Shown: positions 41,789 through 51,142 of the stretch, piece after piece
Numbering within the stretch: the first letter of the stretch is position 1
Layout: every line of letters begins with the position of its first letter
From: an uncultured Bacteroidales bacterium
Lineage (GTDB): Bacteria > Bacteroidota > Bacteroidia > Bacteroidales > DTU049
Length of the DNA stretch: 60,863 nt
Direction: 5' to 3'
NCBI GenBank assembly: GCA_964526285.1
Contig: CAZGIW010000001.1
Span: 1-60,863, forward strand
Program-made: the position numbers and the translations under genes
Notes under the pieces: generated by a model
Database searches by the model: none
Seen by the model: only the letters and a program-made list of their open reading frames with translations
Told to the model about the DNA's origin: nothing

Positions 41789-43828
41789 ATGAAAAAATTA
41801 CAGCTTCTGATTGTTATATTTGCTCTTTGCAGTAATTTGTCTGCTCAGTGGCAGTGGTTAAATCCAAAACCCCAGGGAGGCGGGCTCAACGATGTTGCAT
41901 TTGTTAGTCCAACCAAAGGATTCGCGGTGGGCTGGGGAGGTGTACTCCTTACAACTGATGATGGTGGACAGAACTGGCAGCATTCAGGCAACATAGCTCA
42001 GGAGTTGCTTACTGCAGTGCATTTTACTGATGCAAACACCGGATGGGCATGTGGGTATGCGTGTATTTCAAAAACCACTGACGGTGGACAAACATGGTTT
42101 ACACAAACAGTACCTCACACCGATGAAATGTATAATGATATTTTTTTTATTGACCAGATGAACGGATTTGCAAGCGGTTATTCGGGTTTGCTTATAAAAA
42201 CCACTGACGGAGGAACAACATGGAATACAGTTTCTACCGGTTCATTTGAAGATTTGTATGAAATTTATTTTCCTGATGCTTCAACAGGATATATTGCTGC
42301 AGGCAATGGTTACTTTTTAAAAACAACAAACGGAGGCACAAGCTGGACAGAATATGACACAGGAGCAGGGAATGACCTGTATTGTGTGTGGTTTGCTGAT
42401 GCAAATACCGGTTATTTGGCTGGAAATTGGGGGACGATTATAAAAACAACCAACGGAGGCACAAACTGGACCACTCAAACAACCGGCTCTACAGAAACTA
42501 TGTCTGCATGCAGTTTTATAGATGCAAACACAGGATATATTGCTGCAACAGGTGGAGATGTTTTAAAAACAACAAACGGAGGCACAAACTGGACAATTTT
42601 CAACATTGGAACGTATGATTATCTGTATGGAATTTATGCCATTGATGCCAACTACATACATACTGTGGGCGAAGGAGCCGGGCTTTGGAGATCTTCCAAC
42701 GGGGGTACTTCATGGACAAATTATCTTACAGACATAAACAGTGCAAAGACTTTCAAAACCATAGATTTTGCCGATGACAATATTGCCTGTGTTGCTGGCG
42801 CAGAAGGCATTATAATGAGAACTGTCAACGGAGGCCAAAATTGGAGTACATCCACAACCCCCATTTCTGTTGAAATTCAAAAGCTTGTTTTTGGTGATGC
42901 TCAAAATGCATGGGCTGTGGCAATCGGTGGAGAAATTATCACATCAACTGATGGAGGGCAGAACTGGACAGCACAAACATCAGGGACAACAAGTCATTTG
43001 TATGATATTCATATTTATGACAATGCAAATATGTGGGTGAGCGGATCAGCGGGCACAATTCTATATTCATCAAACGGAGGACAGAACTGGGCAGCACAAA
43101 CATCAAACACAACAGGATGGCTGTATTGCATTGACTTTGCAGATGCACAAAACGGACTTGCGGGCGGCCATAATGGCTCTTTGGTGAAAACAACCAATGG
43201 GGGTGCTACATGGACAACAGTCACTTCTGGCACAACTTTGTCAATTTATGACATTTGCTATCTCACAGCTGATACTGTGATTGCCTGTGCTCAATCAGGC
43301 AGGGTTTTACGCTCTGTTAATGGAGGAACTACATGGACAATCACAACATTACCAACCAACCGTGCATTCAGAACAATTTGTAATCATTCACCCGACACAA
43401 TGTATGTTGCTTCAGAATATGGTTATGTTTTTATGTCCAACAATAAAGGCGGAAGCTGGACTCCTGTGGATCGTTTTACAGGTAACACAGTATTTCAGAT
43501 GACCGCAAATCCTTCGGGAGATATATATCTTTGCGGAGAATATGCAATGATTATGACAACCCGTCAAAGCACCGTTGATATTTCTGAACAAGACTTAGTA
43601 ACTGAAAAACTCAATGTGTTTCCCAACCCTGCATCAGACATAATTCAGTTTGAAAACAACACAAATGATAAAGTAACCTATCAGATATTTAATCTTTCAG
43701 GTCAACTTCTTCAGGCTGGTTTCACCCTGGATAATACCATAAATGTTGAACCCCTTAAGTCAGGAATGTATGTTTTGGTAGTGTATTTCAGGGACGAAAT
43801 GAGGCAGGAAAAATTTATAAAAAACTAG
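41789..43828 (+). CDS. YCF48/BNR (Asp-box) repeat beta-propeller protein with T9SS CTD
   Basis: About 14 xTxDGGxxW/xTxNGGxxW repeats; FPNPA...SGMY...KFIKN CTD. Confidence 0.92.
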   Translation: MKKLQLLIVIFALCSNLSAQWQWLNPKPQGGGLNDVAFVSPTKGFAVGWGGVLLTTDDGGQNWQHSGNIAQELLTAVHFTDANTGWACGYACISKTTDGGQTWFTQTVPHTDEMYNDIFFIDQMNGFASGYSGLLIKTTDGGTTWNTVSTGSFEDLYEIYFPDASTGYIAAGNGYFLKTTNGGTSWTEYDTGAGNDLYCVWFADANTGYLAGNWGTIIKTTNGGTNWTTQTTGSTETMSACSFIDANTGYIAATGGDVLKTTNGGTNWTIFNIGTYDYLYGIYAIDANYIHTVGEGAGLWRSSNGGTSWTNYLTDINSAKTFKTIDFADDNIACVAGAEGIIMRTVNGGQNWSTSTTPISVEIQKLVFGDAQNAWAVAIGGEIITSTDGGQNWTAQTSGTTSHLYDIHIYDNANMWVSGSAGTILYSSNGGQNWAAQTSNTTGWLYCIDFADAQNGLAGGHNGSLVKTTNGGATWTTVTSGTTLSIYDICYLTADTVIACAQSGRVLRSVNGGTTWTITTLPTNRAFRTICNHSPDTMYVASEYGYVFMSNNKGGSWTPVDRFTGNTVFQMTANPSGDIYLCGEYAMIMTTRQSTVDISEQDLVTEKLNVFPNPASDIIQFENNTNDKVTYQIFNLSGQLLQAGFTLDNTINVEPLKSGMYVLVVYFRDEMRQEKFIKN

Positions 43829-43835
43829 GTTTGAG

Positions 43836-44414
43836 CTAAAAAATTCTGATTGAAATCACTTTGGCATCTGGAGTAAAGTCACTCACAGCAAGATTTACCA
43901 TGTCCGAGTCAAATAAACTTTCCCAACTTCCGCTATATGTTTCCGGATCAATAATAAATTGAATATTTTCAAGCTCCGAAGTTTCTGCAATAAATCTACC
44001 CGAAACATAGGTGTACCATATTTTCAGATCATCATATACCTCAACCAGTTTATCCAGGTTACTGCCAATTCCTATTCTTTGCTTTGTTTGATAGAGGGGT
44101 GACAATACTTCAATTTCTCTGATAATTTTTGTGTTATTTTTTCCTTTTCCTTCACTAAACTTGAGCAATTCAAGGTTGTTGTCCTTTAAAAACCATCTGA
44201 CTTCTGTTTCTCCTTCGCCAACCGGCACTTCAACTGAAGAAAAGGTTTGATTATTTGTTAATTCAATTTTGTCAATATCATCTCCGATTTTATAATCACC
44301 GGCTTGTTTGGATTTTATAAGAATGTTCAAATTATCGCTGTCTTTATCTGATGCAAACCAGCCACAGGAACACATGCTGGTAATAAGAAATAAATAAATA
44401 AAATGTTTTTTCAT
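43836..44414 (-). CDS. Hypothetical lipoprotein
   Basis: Lipobox MCSC; KIGD and IGIGS motifs. Confidence 0.75.
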   Translation of the reverse strand: MKKHFIYLFLITSMCSCGWFASDKDSDNLNILIKSKQAGDYKIGDDIDKIELTNNQTFSSVEVPVGEGETEVRWFLKDNNLELLKFSEGKGKNNTKIIREIEVLSPLYQTKQRIGIGSNLDKLVEVYDDLKIWYTYVSGRFIAETSELENIQFIIDPETYSGSWESLFDSDMVNLAVSDFTPDAKVISIRIF

Positions 44415-44571
44415 GATGTTGTCGTTTTATTCTATGCAAATGTACAATCTTTTTTCTTTTTTTACAGAATATACATCATGCATTATCAATACCAAATCAT
44501 ATCTCATCGAAAAGACAAGATTTATGAGCAAAAAATTCGTAATTTTGCATGAATATTTTGTTTTATTAGTT

Positions 44572-47500
44572 ATGAGAAAACTGTATTTTGTACTTGGTTT
44601 TTTGATGCTTGCCCTGATGGTTTCAGGACAGGTTTCATTATCAACTTCTTATCATATTGTAGAAGATCAGACAACTTTAATGGGAGTAAAAATTGAAGAG
44701 CCTCTGGCAATGAACAGCAATGGGTGTTTTGGCTTTAAGCTGAAGTCTCCTGTTGATTTTACTTCATATGCTGTTGGCTGGAAAGCTTCAACCACCCTGT
44801 TTAGTGCCGGAGAATTTGATGTGGATGTCAGGGTACACCACAAAACCAAGGGGTGGTCAGATATTCTTGATGAACACGGATATATTCATCCTGATGAAAA
44901 CATGAGAGACTTATATTTTACAGAGTTAATTTTTGGTATTGACCAGTGGCTGCACGATTCTCTGGAATTTGTAATTTATCCGCCTGATGGTGTGGTGCTG
45001 ACAGAAATTCATCTTGTGTTTCAGGATATGAGTTCTACTACTTCATATGAGGGTGTGATCTATGAATCTACTGTGATTGAAAACGTTAGAACCTGTCCTC
45101 CGTTTCCTGCAATTATTCCACGTGCTGACTGGTGTGGTGGTTATTCTGCCTGTCATAATCCCACTTATACTCCAACAACCATTAATCCCACCCACATTGT
45201 TGTTCACCATGGCGGAGGTTCATCCGATTACACAGACGGATATGCCGTTGTGAGAAGTTACTGGAATTATCATGTGAATTCTTTGGGATGGTCTGACATT
45301 GGCTACAATTATTTATTTGATAAATATGGTAATTTTTTTCAGGGTCGTCACAACCTCAATCTTCCCACAACTGACGTAAGAGGCGCACATGCAGGATCTT
45401 CAAACACATATTCTATTGGCATTAATTTTTTAGGAAACTCTGATATCACAGCACCAACCTCTGCTCAATTGCAAAAATGTGCTGAATTTATGGCATGGTG
45501 GTTCGACCACAGAGGGTTTGATCCAACAAGTCAGGCATCCCTGCTAAATCAACCGGGCACTCAATGGTTAACTCTTCATCGTGTTTGCGGTCACAGAGAT
45601 GTTAATGCTACTGCATGCCCTGGCAATGCATTGTATGCACTACTTCCTTCTCTCAGGGCCGATGCAAAACAAATTATTGATGATTGTAGTGGACCAACCG
45701 ATACAATTCCTCCTTCCACAACAATTTCTGTGAATAGAAAATGGCAAAGTACTGACTTTGAAGCTGTATTCACAGATGAAGATAATCCTGGCGGTTCAGG
45801 TGTAAAACATAGTTTTGTCCAGGTGATGGATTATGACGGAACCGAATGGAGAGCCAATGCATCTCTTGGTTTTTTTAATGATAATTTTACAACCGCCATT
45901 CATTCTGACTGGACAAATCTTTCAGGAACATGGAATATAGATACCGGACATTTGCTGCAGAGTGATGAATCCATTACAAATCCAAATATTTATGCTTTGG
46001 TTTCTCAAACATCAGGTAATATTTATATGTATCACTGGCAAATGCGCATTTCCGGATCTGGATCCAACAGAAGAGCAGGAATTTTCTTTTTTTGCAGTGA
46101 TCCTGCTGCACTATACAGGGGCGAATCATATATGATATATTTCCGGGCTGAAACCAACAACATTGAAATCTATAAAGCTTCGGGTGGCACCATAAGTGGC
46201 ATTTTACACCAGGCAACCTCACAAATAGATGCCAGTGTATGGTATGATATCAAGGTTGTTTACAATCCTTCCACAGGCTTGATGAATGTATATCAGGACA
46301 ATAAACACGTTTTGCAATGGCAGGATGCAACTCCGCTTACTTCTGGTTCAGGTATTTCTTTTCGTTCGGGTGGTTGCAGAGCCGAATATGATGATATGAA
46401 AGTGTATAAAAATCGAAGTTCATCTCTTGTTGTTGAGGTTGGCAATCTTTCTTCAAAAATGGCAAGATATGAAAGTCCAAACTCATCTCAGGATGCCTGC
46501 AGAATAAGAACACAAATTGTTGATAATAATCACAACTGGTCAAACAGTGTGGCTGAAATGGTTTTTATTGACTGGACATCTCCCCTCACCTCTTCTTCTG
46601 TTGCAAACACCTGGCAAACTGATGATTTTCTTGTTGATTTTACGGATACCGATAACCTAAGCGGTATTGAAAAACGATTTTATCAGGTTCTTGATTTTGA
46701 TGGAACAAGGTGGTCTGCCAATGCTGAAGAAGGATTTTTCTGTGATGTGATGGATAATTCAAATCCCGACTGGACTGTTTATAGCGGTACATGGACATTT
46801 AACGGAACTGAACTTGTTCAGTCAGATGAAGGCCTCAACAATACAAATATCTACACTTATCTGAAACAGGATTTGTCAAATCGTTATCTGTATGAATTCA
46901 ACATGAATATTGATGGCATAGGCTCAAACCGTAGAGCAGGGTTTCACTATTTCTGTGATACCCCGGATACAACAAACAGAGGAAATTCATATTTTATCTG
47001 GTTTAGAATAGCGACACAAAAACTGGAATTTTATAAAGTTGTTAATGATACCTTTAATTTGGAAAAATTTTATCCTGTTACTTTTACCGCAGGACAATGG
47101 TACAATGTAAAAGTAATCTTTGACCGTATTACCGGCGAACATTTTGTTTATCTGGACAATGTCCTTGTTGGTGAATGGAAAGAACCTTCTCCATTTCCTT
47201 TGGCAACCCACGCAAATCATCAGTGGATATCATTCCGCTCAGGACACAGCGTGCTTAAAGTAAATCAGCTTAAAGTTTATCGTACAAGATATCCACAGGT
47301 TACTGTTACTTTGGGAGACAGCACCAAAATGATTCGCTATCAGAATCCTGATCCATACACCCATGCTGCCAAGGTGAAGTCTGTTGTTTCTGATTCAGCC
47401 CAAAATATTTCTGCCATCTATTTTCATGATTTGAATGTGGACTGGACGCCTCCATCAATGGTTGGATATGTTTATGATGGTATTTCTGTTGATATTGATA

Positions 47501-48051
47501 CCTCTCATGTCACAACACAAATTGATGCCAACTGGGATGCAGCCATTGATCCTCATTCAGATATCATTGCCTACTGGTATGCAATCGGGACATCCCCCGG
47601 GGCAAACGATGTGGCCGGATGGATTAATAACGGACTCAGCACAAACCTGACTCACACCGGACTTTCTCTCATTGAGGGACAAACCTATTATGTCAGTATC
47701 AAAGCCCAAAATGGAGCTGAACTTTTGGGCGATTCACTGTCATCTGATGGCGTTTTGATTGTACTCACGGTAAGCATCCCCGAACAGGGAAAAAAACCAG
47801 GTATTGAACTATTTCCAAATCCCGCAACAGACGAACTTTATGTAATACTCAATCTTTTTGAATTGTTGGAAGGAAGTCTTTCTATGTATGATATGAACGG
47901 AAAAATCATATGGCAAAAACAATTATCGCTTAGCGAAGGACAACATCAGGTGGAAATTCCCATTGCTGCCCTAAATCCCGCGAAGGGAATATATAATATA
48001 CAGCTGATATACAATGATGTTTCTATGATACGACAATTGATATTGAAATAA
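44572..48051 (+). CDS. T9SS-secreted N-acetylmuramoyl-L-alanine amidase (Amidase_2/PGRP-like), multidomain
   Basis: IVVHHG, WSDIGYNYL, GAHA, GHRD and TACPG motifs; two duplicated lectin-like modules; FN3-like domain; FPNPA CTD; ATG 44572 after TAATTTTG. Confidence 0.88.
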   Translation: MRKLYFVLGFLMLALMVSGQVSLSTSYHIVEDQTTLMGVKIEEPLAMNSNGCFGFKLKSPVDFTSYAVGWKASTTLFSAGEFDVDVRVHHKTKGWSDILDEHGYIHPDENMRDLYFTELIFGIDQWLHDSLEFVIYPPDGVVLTEIHLVFQDMSSTTSYEGVIYESTVIENVRTCPPFPAIIPRADWCGGYSACHNPTYTPTTINPTHIVVHHGGGSSDYTDGYAVVRSYWNYHVNSLGWSDIGYNYLFDKYGNFFQGRHNLNLPTTDVRGAHAGSSNTYSIGINFLGNSDITAPTSAQLQKCAEFMAWWFDHRGFDPTSQASLLNQPGTQWLTLHRVCGHRDVNATACPGNALYALLPSLRADAKQIIDDCSGPTDTIPPSTTISVNRKWQSTDFEAVFTDEDNPGGSGVKHSFVQVMDYDGTEWRANASLGFFNDNFTTAIHSDWTNLSGTWNIDTGHLLQSDESITNPNIYALVSQTSGNIYMYHWQMRISGSGSNRRAGIFFFCSDPAALYRGESYMIYFRAETNNIEIYKASGGTISGILHQATSQIDASVWYDIKVVYNPSTGLMNVYQDNKHVLQWQDATPLTSGSGISFRSGGCRAEYDDMKVYKNRSSSLVVEVGNLSSKMARYESPNSSQDACRIRTQIVDNNHNWSNSVAEMVFIDWTSPLTSSSVANTWQTDDFLVDFTDTDNLSGIEKRFYQVLDFDGTRWSANAEEGFFCDVMDNSNPDWTVYSGTWTFNGTELVQSDEGLNNTNIYTYLKQDLSNRYLYEFNMNIDGIGSNRRAGFHYFCDTPDTTNRGNSYFIWFRIATQKLEFYKVVNDTFNLEKFYPVTFTAGQWYNVKVIFDRITGEHFVYLDNVLVGEWKEPSPFPLATHANHQWISFRSGHSVLKVNQLKVYRTRYPQVTVTLGDSTKMIRYQNPDPYTHAAKVKSVVSDSAQNISAIYFHDLNVDWTPPSMVGYVYDGISVDIDTSHVTTQIDANWDAAIDPHSDIIAYWYAIGTSPGANDVAGWINNGLSTNLTHTGLSLIEGQTYYVSIKAQNGAELLGDSLSSDGVLIVLTVSIPEQGKKPGIELFPNPATDELYVILNLFELLEGSLSMYDMNGKIIWQKQLSLSEGQHQVEIPIAALNPAKGIYNIQLIYNDVSMIRQLILK

Positions 48052-48129
48052 TCCTGTTTTACTGTTCTTTTGTTTGCATATTTCTAAACTATTACTTACA
48101 GCGAAATTCTTTTTCATATCTTTGTACCC

Positions 48130-49143
48130 ATGAATCTCATTACCGGCGGAACAGGTTTTCTGGGTGCTCATTTGGCTGCCAAACTGCTGAAACAACAACA
48201 GGAAGTAACCATTTTAAAAAGAAACACATCAGATATCTATGAGCTGAAAATGATTTTTTCTTATCATTTTAGCGAAGATTCTGAAAAATTTTTCAATAAA
48301 CTCAAATTTATCGAAGGAGATATATGTTTTGCTGATTCACTGAGAAATATTTTCGAAAACATAAGCCGGGTATATCATTGTGCGGCCACTGTTTCATTTG
48401 ACAGGAAAGACCACAAAACTATGTTTGAGGTCAATGTAAACGGAACCGCAAATATTGTGAATTTATTGCTTGAATATCCGCACATAAAACTATGTCATGT
48501 GAGTTCTATAGCAGCCTTAGGGCGCAGCAACAAAGAAGACATGATTAATGAACATACATATTGGGAAAACCACAAGCAACAAACAGCATATTCTGTCAGT
48601 AAATACCAGGCCGAACTGGAGGTTTGGAGAGGAATTGCTGAAGGTCTCAATGCTGTTATTGTTATGCCGGGGGTTATTCTTGGACCTGGAGATCTGTCAA
48701 AAGGCACGTGCAAATTGTTTTCACTGGTTAATAGCGGTTTGAAGTTTTATACAAAAGGAATCAATGGTTATGTGGATGTTGAGGATGTGTCTGCAATTAT
48801 GATACATCTAATGAATTCAGATATCTCAAATAATCGTTTTTTGCTTGTTTCAGAAAATCTTACCTACAAACAAATATTAAGCTGCATGGCCATGCACATG
48901 GAAAAGCCCCCCCCCCATCTTCACGCAGGATATTTTCTAAGAAAACTGCTTGTGATATTTGATGCTTTTCGTGCTTCTATCAGCAGAAAACCACGAAATT
49001 ATTCTCCTGAGTTTGCTCGCATTGCCGGAAGTGTTTCCCGCTATGATACGACAAAAATAAAAACCATTACAGGGTATGAGTTTAATTCGCTAAATTCCTG
49101 CATTGCAAAAACCTCAGCGTTTTATAAAAAATTCAATTTATGA
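48130..49143 (+). CDS. NAD-dependent epimerase/dehydratase
   Basis: TGGTGFLG, HCAA, HVSSIAALG and YSVSK (YxxxK) motifs. Confidence 0.92.
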   Translation: MNLITGGTGFLGAHLAAKLLKQQQEVTILKRNTSDIYELKMIFSYHFSEDSEKFFNKLKFIEGDICFADSLRNIFENISRVYHCAATVSFDRKDHKTMFEVNVNGTANIVNLLLEYPHIKLCHVSSIAALGRSNKEDMINEHTYWENHKQQTAYSVSKYQAELEVWRGIAEGLNAVIVMPGVILGPGDLSKGTCKLFSLVNSGLKFYTKGINGYVDVEDVSAIMIHLMNSDISNNRFLLVSENLTYKQILSCMAMHMEKPPPHLHAGYFLRKLLVIFDAFRASISRKPRNYSPEFARIAGSVSRYDTTKIKTITGYEFNSLNSCIAKTSAFYKKFNL

Positions 49144-49997
49144 AAACAATACTTCCTTTTTTTTCGTTGGTAAAGTTTTCACATACAATATTTAGTTTGC
49201 CGTTTGCCGTTGTTGGTTTTTTTATGGCCGTCAGAAAAACCGAAACGCTTCCATCACCATATATTGCTGTTGCTGTTTTGCTCTGTCTTGTTTTTGCCCG
49301 CAATGCTGCCATGAGTTTCAACAGATATGTGGATAGAAAATATGATGCATTGAATCCCAGAACCAAAGAACGAGAACTTCCCTCAAAAAAAATCAGCGAA
49401 CAATCAACTTTGATTTTTATTGTTATCAATTGTATTCTGTTTGTAACATCTTCATTTTTTATTAATTCCATCTGTTTTTATCTTTCCCCTGTTGCATTGG
49501 TCGTGATTTTAGGGTATAGTTATATCAAACGCATAAGCTGGTTGTGTCATTTTGTTTTGGGTCTTGGATTGATGATTGCTCCAATTGGGGCATATATGGC
49601 AATCAGTGCAACCATTTCAGCTGATATTTTTCTTCTGGGTCTTGCTGTTTTATTTTGGGTTGCCGGATTTGATATTTTATATTCTATACAGGATATTGAC
49701 TTTGACAAAGAAAATCATCTTCATTCTATTCCTGCAAAATTTGGAGATGTCAAAGCATTGTGGATTGCACGATATTCTCATTTCATTGCTTTTCTATTAT
49801 TCATTTTATGGTTTTATTGTTTTCATTGGGATGAGTGGTTTACTTTGGCTGGTATTATTGCCTTTTCTGTTCTATTATTACGGCAAAATACCTTAATTCA
49901 TCCAGGAGTGTATCATCGAATTAATGCCATTTTTTTCCTTTTCAACGGACTTGCCTCAATTGTTTTTTGCATTTTTTATCTTATGAATTTACTTTAA
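49140..49997 (+). CDS. UbiA-family prenyltransferase (MqnP-like)
   Basis: KFSHTIFSLPFA, ARNAAMSFNRYVDRKYDALNPRT and AGFDILYSIQD motifs; ATGA overlap with the epimerase. Confidence 0.88.
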   Translation: MKTILPFFSLVKFSHTIFSLPFAVVGFFMAVRKTETLPSPYIAVAVLLCLVFARNAAMSFNRYVDRKYDALNPRTKERELPSKKISEQSTLIFIVINCILFVTSSFFINSICFYLSPVALVVILGYSYIKRISWLCHFVLGLGLMIAPIGAYMAISATISADIFLLGLAVLFWVAGFDILYSIQDIDFDKENHLHSIPAKFGDVKALWIARYSHFIAFLLFILWFYCFHWDEWFTLAGIIAFSVLLLRQNTLIHPGVYHRINAIFFLFNGLASIVFCIFYLMNLL

Positions 49998-50069
49998 TAT
50001 CATATTTTTTTCTAATTTCGCTGTAAATTTGCAACAAAAACTATAGTATATAAATTAAAATTAAATCAT

Positions 50070-51122
50070 ATGCGAACACTTAATTCTTTGATTATCATTG
50101 TATTGGTGTGTTTTTCAACGACATTAAAAGCACAGTCCGATACCATTGTTATACCTGTTGAAGACAGACAGGCAGCAGAAAAGGTTTATAATGAAGGTAT
50201 TCGTTTTTATGACCAGGGAGAGTTTCAAAAAGCCTTAGGAAAATTTAATGATGCCATCAAAATGAAACCAGATTTATGGAAAGCTTACTACAACCGTGGT
50301 GTTGTAAAATCAGACCTTGAAGATTACAATGGAGCCATCGAAGATTTTACAAAAGTAATAACCAATGAACCTGGTGCAATGGCATATTATGCGAGGGGCC
50401 GTGCCAAACACGAAATGAATGACCTTGAAGGAGCCATGACAGATTACAGTTTTGCCCTTCAAAAAGATAATATGCTGGCCATGGCATACTATTATCGTGG
50501 CAGTGTGTTTTTTGAACAAAAGGAATATGCGCGAGCAATTGAAGATTATGACAAAGCAATTGCTTCTCAAAAGGATTTTGCTTTTGCATATAATGACAGG
50601 GGCAGTGCATACCGGATGCTTGATGAAGATGAAAAAGCCATAAAAAATTACAAAGAAGCAATCCGTATTAATCCAAGAATGGCATTCACTTACAATAATA
50701 TTGGGTCTCTTTATAAAAAGCAAAACAACTACAATGATGCAATTATTGAATATTCAAAAGCAATTGATGTTGATCCTGAATATTACATTGCATATAATAA
50801 CAGGGGTATTGCCAAATATGATGCAAAAAACTATGAGGGCGCCATTGAAGATTTTACAAAAGCCATTGAAATCAATCCCGATTATGCATATGCATACAAT
50901 AACAGAGGAAATGCATACTTTAAAATGGAAGAATATGACAGGGCAATTGTTGATTTTACAAAAGCCATTGAAATCAATCCAAATTATGGATATGCTTATC
51001 TGAACAGGGGTAATGCAAAAGAAATGCAACGTAAAGAAAAGGAGGCTTGTGATGACTGGAAAAAAGCATCCTCTTTAGGCGTGACTTCTGCAGATATTTA
51101 TGCTAAACAAATTTGTAATTAA
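50070..51122 (+). CDS. Secreted TPR-repeat protein
   Basis: About 9 34-aa repeats (AYNNRG...AIEDFTKAIEINP); ACDDWKKA C-terminus. Confidence 0.93.
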   Translation: MRTLNSLIIIVLVCFSTTLKAQSDTIVIPVEDRQAAEKVYNEGIRFYDQGEFQKALGKFNDAIKMKPDLWKAYYNRGVVKSDLEDYNGAIEDFTKVITNEPGAMAYYARGRAKHEMNDLEGAMTDYSFALQKDNMLAMAYYYRGSVFFEQKEYARAIEDYDKAIASQKDFAFAYNDRGSAYRMLDEDEKAIKNYKEAIRINPRMAFTYNNIGSLYKKQNNYNDAIIEYSKAIDVDPEYYIAYNNRGIAKYDAKNYEGAIEDFTKAIEINPDYAYAYNNRGNAYFKMEEYDRAIVDFTKAIEINPNYGYAYLNRGNAKEMQRKEKEACDDWKKASSLGVTSADIYAKQICN

Positions 51123-51142
51123 CAGTAAAAGAAACAATTGCT

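Noticed and set aside
41930-43460. Regularly spaced AAAACAACAAACGGAGGCACAA-type DNA repeats
   Set aside because: They encode the BNR/YCF48 protein repeats
50330-51000. Near-identical 102-bp-period DNA repeats
   Set aside because: They encode 34-aa TPR units
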